Numbered from the stretch's first letter, positions 9,739-19,263 are shown. The stretch: DNA of 64,000 nucleotides from Vulcanimicrobiota bacterium (GCA_050250895.1 JBFWNU010000001.1:64001-128000); one strand, 5' to 3'. Numbers and translations: made by a program. Notes: generated by a model not told the origin, from the sequence alone.

Positions 9739-9855
9739 GCGATCTCCTCCTCTCCTAAAAGTTAAATTGAAGAACGCAAGTTCCCTGCCCCCGACGCACG
9801 GGCAGGAGGAAAATATCTACTCCAGAAGAGGCGCTTCAAACCGGGGAGGTGTATT

Positions 9856-10086
9856 GTGGAAACTTTACTCCAGGAATTTGCGCGAACTTTCGGATGGTCC
9901 ATCGTGGCCGCCCTGTGTATGGGGCTCGGCACCGGTCTGGCCATCAAGCTCTTTGACGTCATGACTCCCGGGGTCGACGAGATGCAGGAACTGAAAAACG
10001 GCAACACCGCTGTTGCCACCGTTCTTGCGGCCGTGGTACTGGCCACCGGTTTTGTCATCGGCATGGCCCTTCATCAACCCACTTGA
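9856..10086 (+). CDS. DUF350-like small membrane protein
   Basis: KLFDVMTPGVDEMQELKNGNTAVA signature with two TM helices; GGAGG RBS. Confidence 0.85.
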   Translation: METLLQEFARTFGWSIVAALCMGLGTGLAIKLFDVMTPGVDEMQELKNGNTAVATVLAAVVLATGFVIGMALHQPT

Positions 10087-10823
10087 GCCAGCTCAAGGTC
10101 CATCGGGTAGCGGTTCTTAGCGACAACTACTGCTACATTCTCGAAGACCCGGCCACCCGCCAGGCCGTGCTGGTCGATCCGCCCGTGGTCGAGCCCCTGG
10201 TAGAGGTGCTCGAGCGCCACAACCTGAGACCGGTGGCCATCTGGGTGACCCATCACCATCACGACCACACCGGCGGGGTGACCGAGTTGCGCCGACGCTA
10301 CGACCTGCCCGTCTACGCTTCGGCGGCCGACCGGGGCCGGGTGCCCGACCAGACTCACGAACTCAAAGAAGGCGACCAGCTCGAGTTCGCCGGCCAGTCC
10401 GTCGACATCTTCGAGGTGCCCGGTCACTCGTCGGGCCACATCGCCTACTACACTCCGGGCCACGTCTTCTCGGGCGATGTCGTGTTCGGCGCCAGCTGCG
10501 GCCGCATTTTCGAAGGCACGCCCGCCCAGATGTACGCCTCGGTGCAAAAGATTGCCTCGCTGCCCGAAGACACCAACATCTGGTGCGGCCACGAGTATAC
10601 CCTGGGCAACCTCAAGTTCGCAGCCGGGGTCGACCCCGACAACTCTGCCCTGAAAGAACGCCTGGCTAAAGCGTCGGTGCCCACCGTTCCCCTCCAGGTG
10701 GGCCTCGAGAAGGCCACCAACCCGTTCATGCGCTGCGACCAGCCGGCTATCCAGCAATACGCCGGCCACTCAGACCCCATCGAGGTCTTCGCCGAGGTCC
10801 GCCGTCGCAAAGACGCGGGTTAG
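10083..10823 (+). CDS. gloB: Hydroxyacylglutathione hydrolase (glyoxalase II)
   Basis: DNYCY, THHHHDHTGG, GHEYT and TNPFMR motifs. Confidence 0.94.
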   Translation: MSQLKVHRVAVLSDNYCYILEDPATRQAVLVDPPVVEPLVEVLERHNLRPVAIWVTHHHHDHTGGVTELRRRYDLPVYASAADRGRVPDQTHELKEGDQLEFAGQSVDIFEVPGHSSGHIAYYTPGHVFSGDVVFGASCGRIFEGTPAQMYASVQKIASLPEDTNIWCGHEYTLGNLKFAAGVDPDNSALKERLAKASVPTVPLQVGLEKATNPFMRCDQPAIQQYAGHSDPIEVFAEVRRRKDAG

Positions 10824-12208
10824 ACGACCGCGGCGTCGAGGAAAGAGAAGCCACCCAGCACCAGGCCTTCGTCCATGGACGTGTCTTTGGTGCGCAGCAG
10901 GTAACCGCGGGCCTGGTTGAAGACCGGCTCGCGCTCGACATCGGGGTAATAGGCCAGACCGAAGAAGCCCATCTCGGTGAAGCATTCACAGGGGACCGGT
11001 TCGTGATTGACCAGCCGCACCGAGCGGAACGGGTCTTGCACGATTTTCTCCATCAGGATGAAGGCCTCGGCCTCGCGTTCTGTGATGGAACCGAGCTTGG
11101 CCACCATCTGGTCGCCGAAATAGTTGTTGCCGCCGCCCTCGCGGTGGGGCTTGAGCACCCAGGCGTCGGGGTTGGCCAGGGCCAACTCGCGAGCGGGCGC
11201 TTTCTGGCCGTGCCACTCGATCTCTTGGCCGAGGTTGGCGAAACCCACCATGGACTTGAGCAGGCGATCGGCCACTTCGGGCGAGACGAACTGCTCGAGT
11301 AGCTCGCGGCGGGCCAGCTTGAGCTGAATCATCTTGGTATTGGCCAGCTGGGTGCGGGCGTTGGGCACCGACACGGCCGTGCTAGCCTCGATCAACTGGC
11401 GCGCTTTCCAGGCATACTCGTTGGGATAGTGGTGGGGAGCGTAGCCGCTGCGGAAGTAGGCGATGGCCACCGGCTCGTCGCGAAAATAGAGCACCCCATC
11501 GCGCAACTCCCCCTCGCGACCGAGGGTTTCGAGGTTGGTGCGGGCAGTGGGCACGCCATAAAGGCGATGGAGACGAACCTCCGAGATGCGTTGGCCGAAG
11601 GCGTTGGGCTCGCCGTCGGGCACCAGATAGAGCACCACGCCGGGGTTGCCGATGGCCCGGTAACCCTCGTTGAGAGCCCAGGTCAGGCCTTCTCCGGCCG
11701 AGTTGTCGACCAGGTTGGCGGCCAGCGGATTGTGCCGGTAGAGATAACGATGCATCTCGTAGACCTTGGCCGAGGCTTCGCCCAGGGCCGAGGCCATCAG
11801 GTTCATCTCGACCTGCTTGGGCCAGACACCGGTGGGGGTGCTGGCCGGCATGCAGTCGTTGCGATTGAGGTAAAGCGCAGGCTTGCCAGGCCGCTCTTGC
11901 TCGAGTGCCTGAAAAAGATGGGCGATGAATTCGTCGGCCGAGCGAGCGGTACCAAGGTGCCGGGAGAGAAAGTCGGTGTCCTGGGCGACCCGGTGATAGA
12001 GGTCGTTGTAGAGGACCGTCAGCTCGCGAGTTTCTTCGACGAAGCTCGATTCGGCCTTCCAGGGGACCAGCGAGAGGGGCAGATGGGTGACCCCTCCTCC
12101 GTCGACGTAACGGATGATGCCGTGGGCCAGGGCGAACTCGGCCGCCTCACGGGCCAGATTGGAGGCGTTCTCCAGCAGTTGGATGTGCCTCTCGGCGGTG
12201 ATAGACAT
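10820..12208 (-). CDS. Glutathione synthetase, eukaryotic-type family
   Basis: 462 aa with KQVEMN, YFRSGYAP, QLANTKMIQ, WVLKPHREGGGNN, ILMEKI and GYLLRTK motifs typical of eukaryotic GSS. Confidence 0.88.
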   Translation of the reverse strand: MSITAERHIQLLENASNLAREAAEFALAHGIIRYVDGGGVTHLPLSLVPWKAESSFVEETRELTVLYNDLYHRVAQDTDFLSRHLGTARSADEFIAHLFQALEQERPGKPALYLNRNDCMPASTPTGVWPKQVEMNLMASALGEASAKVYEMHRYLYRHNPLAANLVDNSAGEGLTWALNEGYRAIGNPGVVLYLVPDGEPNAFGQRISEVRLHRLYGVPTARTNLETLGREGELRDGVLYFRDEPVAIAYFRSGYAPHHYPNEYAWKARQLIEASTAVSVPNARTQLANTKMIQLKLARRELLEQFVSPEVADRLLKSMVGFANLGQEIEWHGQKAPARELALANPDAWVLKPHREGGGNNYFGDQMVAKLGSITEREAEAFILMEKIVQDPFRSVRLVNHEPVPCECFTEMGFFGLAYYPDVEREPVFNQARGYLLRTKDTSMDEGLVLGGFSFLDAAVV

Positions 12209-12287
12209 CGATAGTCCTTACCTCCACACTCCCTGGGGAGCGCCATTCCCCTTGGGGGCAAAGACACCTGCCGTGAAAAACAAATGG

Positions 12288-12488
12288 GTCCGGCACTGCG
12301 AGCTCGGTGGCGAGCCAGTACCTGAACCTGCCAAAGCAGGCGGGCGCACCTCTAACCCGGACCCCTTCAGGACTCCCCCGCCGCGAACGACAGGGGCACT
12401 CAACACAGGGGCCGGAGTCATGCTCCCCAGGTAAAAACGTTGGCTCAGTACTAGTGCCCGAGCAACACCAGAGTCGCAGGAACCGGAC
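12288..12488 (-). ncRNA. ssrS: 6S RNA
   Basis: ~200 nt. The ends pair (GUCCGG-UUC-CUGCG with CGCAG-UG-CCGGAC). It has a central bubble (GCCAACGUUUUUACCUGGGGAGC) and the typical 3' segment GCGCCCGCCUGC..GCAGGUUCA, plus its own promoter. Confidence 0.82.
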
Positions 12489-12497
12489 TTAATCCGC

Positions 12498-12540
12498 ATC
12501 ATAGCACTCTCTTGACTCCCTGACAAGAAGTTGCTATGAT
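12498..12540. promoter_or_regulatory. Overlapping divergent sigma70 promoters for 6S RNA (-) and rpsT (+)
   Basis: Plus: TTGACT (12512-17), N17, TATGAT (12535-40). Minus: TTGTCA (12526-21), N17, TATGAT (12503-12498). Both have an extended -10 TG. Confidence 0.8.
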
Positions 12541-12573
12541 GCAACGACTTTCGAGCAATCTGGAGACGATTCC

Positions 12574-12837
12574 GTGGCTAATACCAAGAACGCCAAGAAA
12601 ATGATTAAGGTGAACGAACGGCGGCGCAAGCGCAACCAGTCGATTCGCACCACCATCAAGACCACTTTCAAGAAAGCCACTCAGGCTCTCGAAGCCGGTC
12701 AGGCCGACGAGGCCACCGAAGCCGCCCGCAAAGCCGTTTCGGCCATCGATCGCGCGGTAGCCAAAGGCACCGTGCACAGAAACACCGCCGCGCGCAAGAA
12801 GTCGCGCCTGATGAAAAAGGTCAACGCGCTCGCCTAA
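12574..12837 (+). CDS. rpsT: 30S ribosomal protein S20
   Basis: MANTKNAKK...HRNTAARKKSRL. Confidence 0.97.
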   Translation: MANTKNAKKMIKVNERRRKRNQSIRTTIKTTFKKATQALEAGQADEATEAARKAVSAIDRAVAKGTVHRNTAARKKSRLMKKVNALA

Positions 12838-12865
12838 ACCAGGCAGAGCCGGCTCGAAAGAAGAC

Positions 12866-12890
12866 AGGACCGCACGCAGCGGTCCTTTTT
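12866..12890 (+). terminator. Intrinsic terminator after rpsT
   Basis: AGGACCGC-ACGCA-GCGGTCCT followed by a T-run. Confidence 0.75.
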
Positions 12891-13654
12891 CATTGTCTGC
12901 CGGCCGGCTGGCGGGGGGGAAAGTAAAGCGTAAAGTCGTCATAGTCGTGATAGGCGATGGTGTCCAGCGGCTGCCCCATCGCCACATACCGGTCGAGCAG
13001 GTCCTGGCCCACGGAATTGACCCGATCGGCCCAATTGCCCGACACGTCGTATTGGGCAACCACCCCCCGCTGGTCGGTGATCATGTGAGCTTGCGCGTAG
13101 GCCCCCTCGGGCAGCTCGCCTTCGGTGGGATAGACATAGACCTTTTCCTCCACCGGCTCGGTGCCGACGAAGGAAAACGACACCAGGCCCTGGGGGTGGC
13201 GCGCGGCCGTGGACTTCACCAGCAAGTCGCGCAAACGAGGCAGTGGCAGTTTTTCGATCTCGTCGAGGCGAAAATAGACTTTGAACTGCTCGGCCTCGAA
13301 GTCCCAACCGAGCATATAGAAATGACAGCCCGGTGCCTCCCAGAAAACGGGATCCAGGGGCACCGCTCGGGCTTCGACCAGCGGCCGCGCCAGCTCGGCC
13401 AGTGGCTGGGCGTGAGCCACCGTGCCGTAGGCCAGGCGGGTCGAGTTGCATCGCTCGTCCTTGACCCGATGGCTGTACGTGTAATAGCTGAAATGCGGTC
13501 CGTCGCCCCAATCATGGGCCTCTTCTGATTTGGCCAGTTTGAAGCAGGCCTCGAGATAGGCCCACTCGCCCGGCGTGACAGCCCGACGAAAGTTGAAGAA
13601 ATTGCGGCAATGCCAGGTGAAGAAATAGCGATGGAAGCGCTCGAATCGATCCAT
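12890..13654 (-). CDS. Hypothetical protein
   Basis: 254-aa ORF with natural composition (aromatic-rich) that fills the gap; no confident family. Confidence 0.75.
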   Translation of the reverse strand: MDRFERFHRYFFTWHCRNFFNFRRAVTPGEWAYLEACFKLAKSEEAHDWGDGPHFSYYTYSHRVKDERCNSTRLAYGTVAHAQPLAELARPLVEARAVPLDPVFWEAPGCHFYMLGWDFEAEQFKVYFRLDEIEKLPLPRLRDLLVKSTAARHPQGLVSFSFVGTEPVEEKVYVYPTEGELPEGAYAQAHMITDQRGVVAQYDVSGNWADRVNSVGQDLLDRYVAMGQPLDTIAYHDYDDFTLYFPPRQPAGRQ

Positions 13655-13704
13655 TCTGGCTGTTTGGTAAAAGGTGGTCGGTAATCCTGGTCTAACCAGT
13701 CACG

Positions 13705-14535
13705 ATGAGTTCAGACACGTTTCTCCACTCGTTTTACGCCCAGAGCTATTACCACTCGATCGTGGCCCGGGCCAACCACCGCGACCATGTGGCTGACTTC
13801 GTAGTGAGAGCCTGTCGCAAACTGGGCCAGGGCCAGCCCCGAGTGGGCCTCGAGATGTGCTGTGGCGCCGGGCTGTTGTCGGCCGACCTGTGCGAGCGCG
13901 GGCTTTCGATGACGGCGGTCGACCTCCACCCCGAGGTCATCGAGTGCGCTCGTAAGCACTGCCGCCAGTCCGAGGTGAAGTTCGAGACCGGCAACATGCT
14001 GGACTATAAAACCCCGGAACCGGTGGATTTTATCACCAACATCGGCGAAAATCTGGCCGTCTTGCGCAGCCACGACCAGATGGTCACGCATCTTCAGGCG
14101 ATGGCCGCCAACCTCAAGCCGGGAGGCCTCTACATCCTCGAGATGGCTCGCTCCTGGACCGTTCTGCCTCTCGAGCAACTGCGGGTCGAGCCCCCCTGGA
14201 TCGTGTATCGCTATGCTCCTGACGAGCCCCAGCGCGGCAGCGAAGCCGGCTATGACGTCACCGTCTACTGGCTCGGGCACGAGGAAGTGCGGGTGGATCC
14301 CATGCTCGGTCTCTTTCGCCACAACCTGAAGATGTATGTAAAAAAAGACGGAGTCACTCACGAGTTCGTCACCGAAGAGACGGGCAAGATCTATTATCCT
14401 CAAGAGTTTGCTGCCCTGGTCGAGCTCAGCGGCCAATTCGACATCGCCGGGCGCTACGCCGGTTTTCGGCTCAGCGCCGATTGGCGCAAAAACCCCACCA
14501 CGCCGGAGTACGTGGTCGTCCTGCGTAAGCGGTGA
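13705..14535 (+). CDS. Class I SAM-dependent methyltransferase
   Basis: LEMCCGAG motif I, VDL, NLKPGGLYILE. Confidence 0.88.
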   Translation: MSSDTFLHSFYAQSYYHSIVARANHRDHVADFVVRACRKLGQGQPRVGLEMCCGAGLLSADLCERGLSMTAVDLHPEVIECARKHCRQSEVKFETGNMLDYKTPEPVDFITNIGENLAVLRSHDQMVTHLQAMAANLKPGGLYILEMARSWTVLPLEQLRVEPPWIVYRYAPDEPQRGSEAGYDVTVYWLGHEEVRVDPMLGLFRHNLKMYVKKDGVTHEFVTEETGKIYYPQEFAALVELSGQFDIAGRYAGFRLSADWRKNPTTPEYVVVLRKR

Positions 14536-14559
14536 GGACTTCTAAGCCGGGGCGCGAAA

Positions 14560-16572
14560 GTGGGGCCTATGTTGACCGTCAGTGATTACGTGATCGCCGA
14601 ACGCAGCCTTCTCGACCCGGACCAGGTCGTGCTCAAGAACCTTTATCACAACACCGAGGTCGAGGCGGGACCCGAAGTGTGGACATTGCTCAAGGACCTG
14701 GCCGGCGCCAACGGCCAGCCTCTGCTCGAAGAGTTGCGCCAGGCGCGCATCGTGGTCGAGGCGGGCCAGCCCGAGACCGTCAGCGAACATTTCGAAGAAC
14801 TCGAAGAGGCTCTCGACGCCTTTCTGCGCAAGTATCTGCCCGCCGATTTCGAGCTCGAAAAACACTTTCCCAGCGCGCCCGCTTCGGATTTCAAAGCCTA
14901 TCGAGAGTGCCTGCGACGAAAGCTCGAGGCGGCCTGCCAGATCTGGCTCAAGGGGCTCGAAACCTATTTCGCCGGCCGCGAAATCGCGGGACCGGCGGTA
15001 GAACCCAAAGGCGACCACGTGGGGGAGGGCGCCTGGCTCTATGAGGCGCCCGATCTGTTCGTGCGGGCCATGTTCGACCATTTGTGCATGATTGTCGATG
15101 CCGTCATCGGCGAGCCAATCCGAGGTTTGTGTCCGGAATTTCTGGCCGCCACCACCGACCGCCCGCCGCAGAAGGAGCATCTCCATCAGCAGCCGTGTTC
15201 CCCCCGAACCACCCTCGACCGGGTGGAGCGTATCGTGGCCCAATGCCCTCCCCCCGCCCGGGTGTTGGTGCTAGGAGACGATGACTTGATGAGCCTGGCT
15301 CTTGCCCGGCACGAGGGTTACTCCATCGATGTGCTCGAGCTCGACAAAGAACTGGTCGAGTTTCTCGCTCGCTCGGCTCCCTCGGTGCGGATCCTGCAGA
15401 AAGACCTTTCGATGGGCCTGGACGCCGATTTCAAAGAGAGCTACGACATCGTCATCTCGGACCCGCCCTACAACCGCGACGGCATGCGCTTCTTCTTGCA
15501 TTGCTGCGCCGGTGCACTCAAGCCCGCGGCCTCGAGCCGGCTGTTTCTGTCCACCTGCCTGATCCTGGTGGAGGACGCCGAGGACCTGCACGAGTACGCG
15601 GCCCAGCAAGGTCTCTCTCAGTTGAAGTTCACTCCGGGCTTCAGTTTCTATCCTTTGGCCGAACATCTGCGCATCTGGGGGATGAATTTCTTCGAGGGTC
15701 TGGGGCTACCCAGTCATCTGGGGGCCACCCTGCTCGACCAGCCCTTTCTATGGGCCGATCTGCTAGAATACGCCCCCACCATCGCGGCCGATAATCTCAC
15801 GGCGGCCCAGATGGATCTCGTCGAGTCGCGCTCGACCGAGTTCCAAACCATTTGTCTCTATGAACGGGACGGGGCGGTGTGTCTGACCAACAATGCCGGG
15901 ATTCAGTTTCACTCAGAAGACGAGGCCATCCACCATGAACGGATGATGACCCTGCCGATGTGTCTGTCCGAGCAAGCCGAATCGGTGTTGATCCTGGGTG
16001 GGGGGGACGGATTGGCGGCCCGCGAGGCTTTGAAGTTTCCCAGCCTCAAGCGCCTGGTGGTGGTCGATATCGATGCCGAGATGCTGGCTTTGACCAAAGA
16101 CCATCCGCTGATGCAGAAGGTCACCGGCAACGCCTTCAACGACCCTCGGGTCGAATTGGTGGCCGCCGACGCCCTGCGCTGGCTCGAGCAACAGAGCGAC
16201 CGATTCGACGTGATTCTCAACGACTGGGACTATCTGCGAACCCACCAGGACAGCACCGTCGGGCCCCAGCGGGTGCGAGACTTTCTGGCCGCTCAGCGAG
16301 AACATCTGCGCGAGGGCGGGGCGGTCTCGATGTACCATCCTCACGATCCCTTTGGCGCCGACTTTCTGGGTTGCCCCCTCGAAAAGGTGCCAGAAGCGCT
16401 GGAACAGCTGGTTGGCGACCTCTTCAAACATCGCCTCGTGACCCATCTCGACAGCGAGCGAATCGGTCCCCACGTGTTCGTGATCGGGCTCTCGAACCCA
16501 CCCCTGGCGCGCCGCTCGCCGCCCGAGGGCAGCTTGTATGTCGACTTGGAGGAACTCACAACCGCACCATAA
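14560..16572 (+). CDS. Fusion of a BpsA/DUF43-like domain and a SpeE-like aminopropyltransferase domain
   Basis: Middle domain VLVLGDDDLMSLALA...SDPPY (BpsA-like). C-terminal domain FQTI...QFHSEDEAIHHE...ILGGGDGLAAREALK...VDID (SpeE-like). Confidence 0.8.
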   Translation: MGPMLTVSDYVIAERSLLDPDQVVLKNLYHNTEVEAGPEVWTLLKDLAGANGQPLLEELRQARIVVEAGQPETVSEHFEELEEALDAFLRKYLPADFELEKHFPSAPASDFKAYRECLRRKLEAACQIWLKGLETYFAGREIAGPAVEPKGDHVGEGAWLYEAPDLFVRAMFDHLCMIVDAVIGEPIRGLCPEFLAATTDRPPQKEHLHQQPCSPRTTLDRVERIVAQCPPPARVLVLGDDDLMSLALARHEGYSIDVLELDKELVEFLARSAPSVRILQKDLSMGLDADFKESYDIVISDPPYNRDGMRFFLHCCAGALKPAASSRLFLSTCLILVEDAEDLHEYAAQQGLSQLKFTPGFSFYPLAEHLRIWGMNFFEGLGLPSHLGATLLDQPFLWADLLEYAPTIAADNLTAAQMDLVESRSTEFQTICLYERDGAVCLTNNAGIQFHSEDEAIHHERMMTLPMCLSEQAESVLILGGGDGLAAREALKFPSLKRLVVVDIDAEMLALTKDHPLMQKVTGNAFNDPRVELVAADALRWLEQQSDRFDVILNDWDYLRTHQDSTVGPQRVRDFLAAQREHLREGGAVSMYHPHDPFGADFLGCPLEKVPEALEQLVGDLFKHRLVTHLDSERIGPHVFVIGLSNPPLARRSPPEGSLYVDLEELTTAP

Positions 16573-16575
16573 AAC

Positions 16576-16593
16576 TGTAACAACCCGGTTACA
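16576..16593. promoter_or_regulatory. Palindromic operator-like site TGTAAC-N6-GTTACA
   Basis: Perfect inverted repeat in an AT-rich intergenic segment upstream of the Gly-rich gene. Confidence 0.45.
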
Positions 16594-16669
16594 TTGTTTA
16601 CTTAGTTTTCACACTAATTCTCAGCCAGGGCACGACCGAGTCCGCTAAGGTTAGGGCAAGAAAGGTGGT

Positions 16670-17206
16670 GTGCAAATGGGCATCGGAGGCATCGGAAGAG
16701 GCGGCGGATTTAGAGGAATGCGCGGCGCGCGTGGCGGACGCGGCGGCGGCGGTCTGGGTAAAGGACGCGGCGGCCAGGGCGTTGGCGGTGGCCAGGGTCC
16801 CGGAGGCCGGGGCAGCGGCGCTGACAGCGTAGGTTCGCCGGCTCGTGGCGGCCAGCAGTCCGGCGGACCGAAGGGCGCGGGCCAGGGCGGCGGATGCGCC
16901 AACGGTCAGTGCGGCGGCGGACAGGGTGCCGGCGGCGCTCAGGGCGGCGGTGGCGGCGGCGGCGGCCTGCCGATGGACGGCAGCCTGCTTCAGGCCGGTG
17001 GCGACCTGGCCGGCCAGATCGCTGGCATGGCTCAGGGCGGTGGCGGCGGCGAAGAAGGTGGGGGCGCAGCCGCGGGTGGAGATCAGTTCCTGCCCAGCCC
17101 AGAGTTAGCCAACGTCGGCATTAATCCAGGCAGCATGCCCAACCCGGCCACCGACAACGCATCGACCCTGGCGGCAATCCAGAATACCTTCACCCCGATG
17201 GTGTGA
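16670..17206 (+). CDS. Glycine-rich low-complexity protein
   Basis: Strong GGC codon bias, AAAGGTGG RBS, and stop overlapping the next start. Confidence 0.75.
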   Translation: MQMGIGGIGRGGGFRGMRGARGGRGGGGLGKGRGGQGVGGGQGPGGRGSGADSVGSPARGGQQSGGPKGAGQGGGCANGQCGGGQGAGGAQGGGGGGGGLPMDGSLLQAGGDLAGQIAGMAQGGGGGEEGGGAAAGGDQFLPSPELANVGINPGSMPNPATDNASTLAAIQNTFTPMV

Positions 17207-18336
17207 GTTCGAAGTTTTCCATCTGGCTAGACAAAGCAGTCGAGTTTTACCAGAAACTCGGCTTCTTTGCGTCTCAGGAAGAAAACCTCAAGGCACGCCT
17301 GACGACTTATCTGACCGAAGACAAGCCGCTGGCTGACTTTGACGACAACAATCCCGCCTACGACCTGTTCTTACTCGGCTGCGACCCCACTCGGGCCATG
17401 CTCGAGAGTCCCAAGGTCGAAGCGCTGGCCCCTGACAAGAAGGTCTATATCCAGATCTTGCAGCAACTCGAGAAGATCTCGAGAGGGGCTTTTCGTCCGC
17501 GCCAGATCGTAGAGGCCTGGAAGGGCCCACAGGGTCCGGTCGAGATCCGCTATCAGCAAGACGGCAAAACCTATACCCTCGAAGCCCACGATCGGGACAA
17601 CCGCATTGACCCCAGCCTGCTCTTGCAGCTCAACCTGGCCATCCTCGCCAGCGGTTTGCAGTTCGAACTGTCGATCTTCATGCACCCTCAAGAGGGTGAG
17701 CACTTTTTGATCACGGTCCTCAATCGCGAAGAGCGCTTCGAGATCGAGCGCCATCGCCGCTTACCCTTCATCATCTTTAGCCTGCCCCGCCTGTTCGTGC
17801 CCCTGGGCAATCTGGGTCCGGCCCTGGGCGACCCCGAGGTGATGACCCATCTGGGCACGGTGAACGAGTTCCTCGACCGCTCGTTGGGCCGCCTGGAGCT
17901 CGACTTCGAAGAGGGCTCGATCACGGGTCTTTTGCGCTATGAGGGGCTCGACCACGAAGAAGATCTGGAATGGTTGGGCAGCTATCAGGACGACCGTTTG
18001 CGGGGCACCATTCGTGGCAGGGTCCAGACGCGGGGCGGCGAGAGCGAAGACTATGTGGGTAGCTTCGAAGGCACCCTCCATCACGGCGGCAAGACCGCCT
18101 CGGGCACCTGGCGCGGCTGGGTAGGCACCGATGGAGACAACCCGCCCGACGACCCGACTTTAATCAACGAAGGCGAATGGGCCACCGTTGAAGAGACTTG
18201 CCTCGAGCAGGACGACGCCCACATGCGACGCTTCAAAACCTGGTCGGAAGAGGTCTGGAAGGCCAGGCAGCCGCAAGACTACTGTTGGACCTTACTCGAG
18301 GCCGAGCTGCGCCGCCTGGAGCCCGCCAATGGGTAG
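17203..18336 (+). CDS. Hypothetical protein
   Basis: 377-aa ORF overlapping its neighbours at both ends. Confidence 0.78.
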   Translation: MSSKFSIWLDKAVEFYQKLGFFASQEENLKARLTTYLTEDKPLADFDDNNPAYDLFLLGCDPTRAMLESPKVEALAPDKKVYIQILQQLEKISRGAFRPRQIVEAWKGPQGPVEIRYQQDGKTYTLEAHDRDNRIDPSLLLQLNLAILASGLQFELSIFMHPQEGEHFLITVLNREERFEIERHRRLPFIIFSLPRLFVPLGNLGPALGDPEVMTHLGTVNEFLDRSLGRLELDFEEGSITGLLRYEGLDHEEDLEWLGSYQDDRLRGTIRGRVQTRGGESEDYVGSFEGTLHHGGKTASGTWRGWVGTDGDNPPDDPTLINEGEWATVEETCLEQDDAHMRRFKTWSEEVWKARQPQDYCWTLLEAELRRLEPANG

Positions 18337-19201
18337 CCTCTTTTCCAAGAAACACCGCGGCCGGGTGGGGGTGGACTTTGGCCCCGGCGAGGTGCGGCTG
18401 AGCTGGCTCGAAGACGGTCAGATCCTGGCGACCGAACGGCGGGCTTGCGATGATTCCACGCAGGCCGAGGCGCTTCAAGCAGCCGTGGCAGCCGCCGCAG
18501 TCCCCCGAGGTACGCCCGCCACCACCTTCTTCTCGGCCTACTACAACGAGATTCTCGACAAGCGCCGGCCGGTCGAGCTCGCCGGCCTCTCACCGCCCCA
18601 GCAATTGCAGGCGGTGCGTTATGATGCCGAGCGCTACGTCCCTTACAACCTTGATGAGGCTCACATCAGCTTTCGAGTGCTGTCCCAGCAAGACCATGAG
18701 ACCCTGGTGGCCGTGGACGCGGTGGCCCACGAGCAACGCCAACAGGCTGCCCGCCTCTTGAGGGCGGCGGGGTTGGGGGCCCAGAGTTACGAGACGCGCT
18801 TGCGCGAGGCCCTGACCAACCTGGTGCGACTGCTCTATCCCGCCTGCCCTTCCGGCTTTTGCATCTTTCATGTCGACGGGCCGTGGGTGCGCTGCTTCGG
18901 TTGCCCGCAAGGCTATCACCTGGCCGGCCAGATCTCGGGCTTCGAGCAGCGCGACGACTATCTGGCCACCATCGACCGCAACGTGCTCTATCAGCAAAGC
19001 AAGAAGATTCCCATCGAGGCCGTCTATCTCACCGGTTCGGCCGCCCGGGACGAGATCGCCGAGGCGGCTCAGTCCAAACTCGAAGTCCCCTGCTCGGCCC
19101 TGAGGTTACGCCTGGGCGAGCAGAGCCACAACGCCGCCTTCACTCTGGCCATCGCCATCGCTCTCTTGCCGCCCGACCCCGGGTTGTCACTTGCCGACTA
19201 A
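18329..19201 (+). CDS. PilM-like (actin-fold) protein
   Basis: ATG 18329 gives MGSLFSKK..VGVDFG, AVRYDAERYVPYNLDEAHISF and VYLTGSAA, resembling type IV pilus PilM. Confidence 0.7.
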   Translation: MGSLFSKKHRGRVGVDFGPGEVRLSWLEDGQILATERRACDDSTQAEALQAAVAAAAVPRGTPATTFFSAYYNEILDKRRPVELAGLSPPQQLQAVRYDAERYVPYNLDEAHISFRVLSQQDHETLVAVDAVAHEQRQQAARLLRAAGLGAQSYETRLREALTNLVRLLYPACPSGFCIFHVDGPWVRCFGCPQGYHLAGQISGFEQRDDYLATIDRNVLYQQSKKIPIEAVYLTGSAARDEIAEAAQSKLEVPCSALRLRLGEQSHNAAFTLAIAIALLPPDPGLSLAD

Positions 19202-19263
19202 ACTCTGACGGAGGTCCAGGGCGAGTAGGCCCCCTACCACCCCCTAGAGAATCGTAGGCTTAG

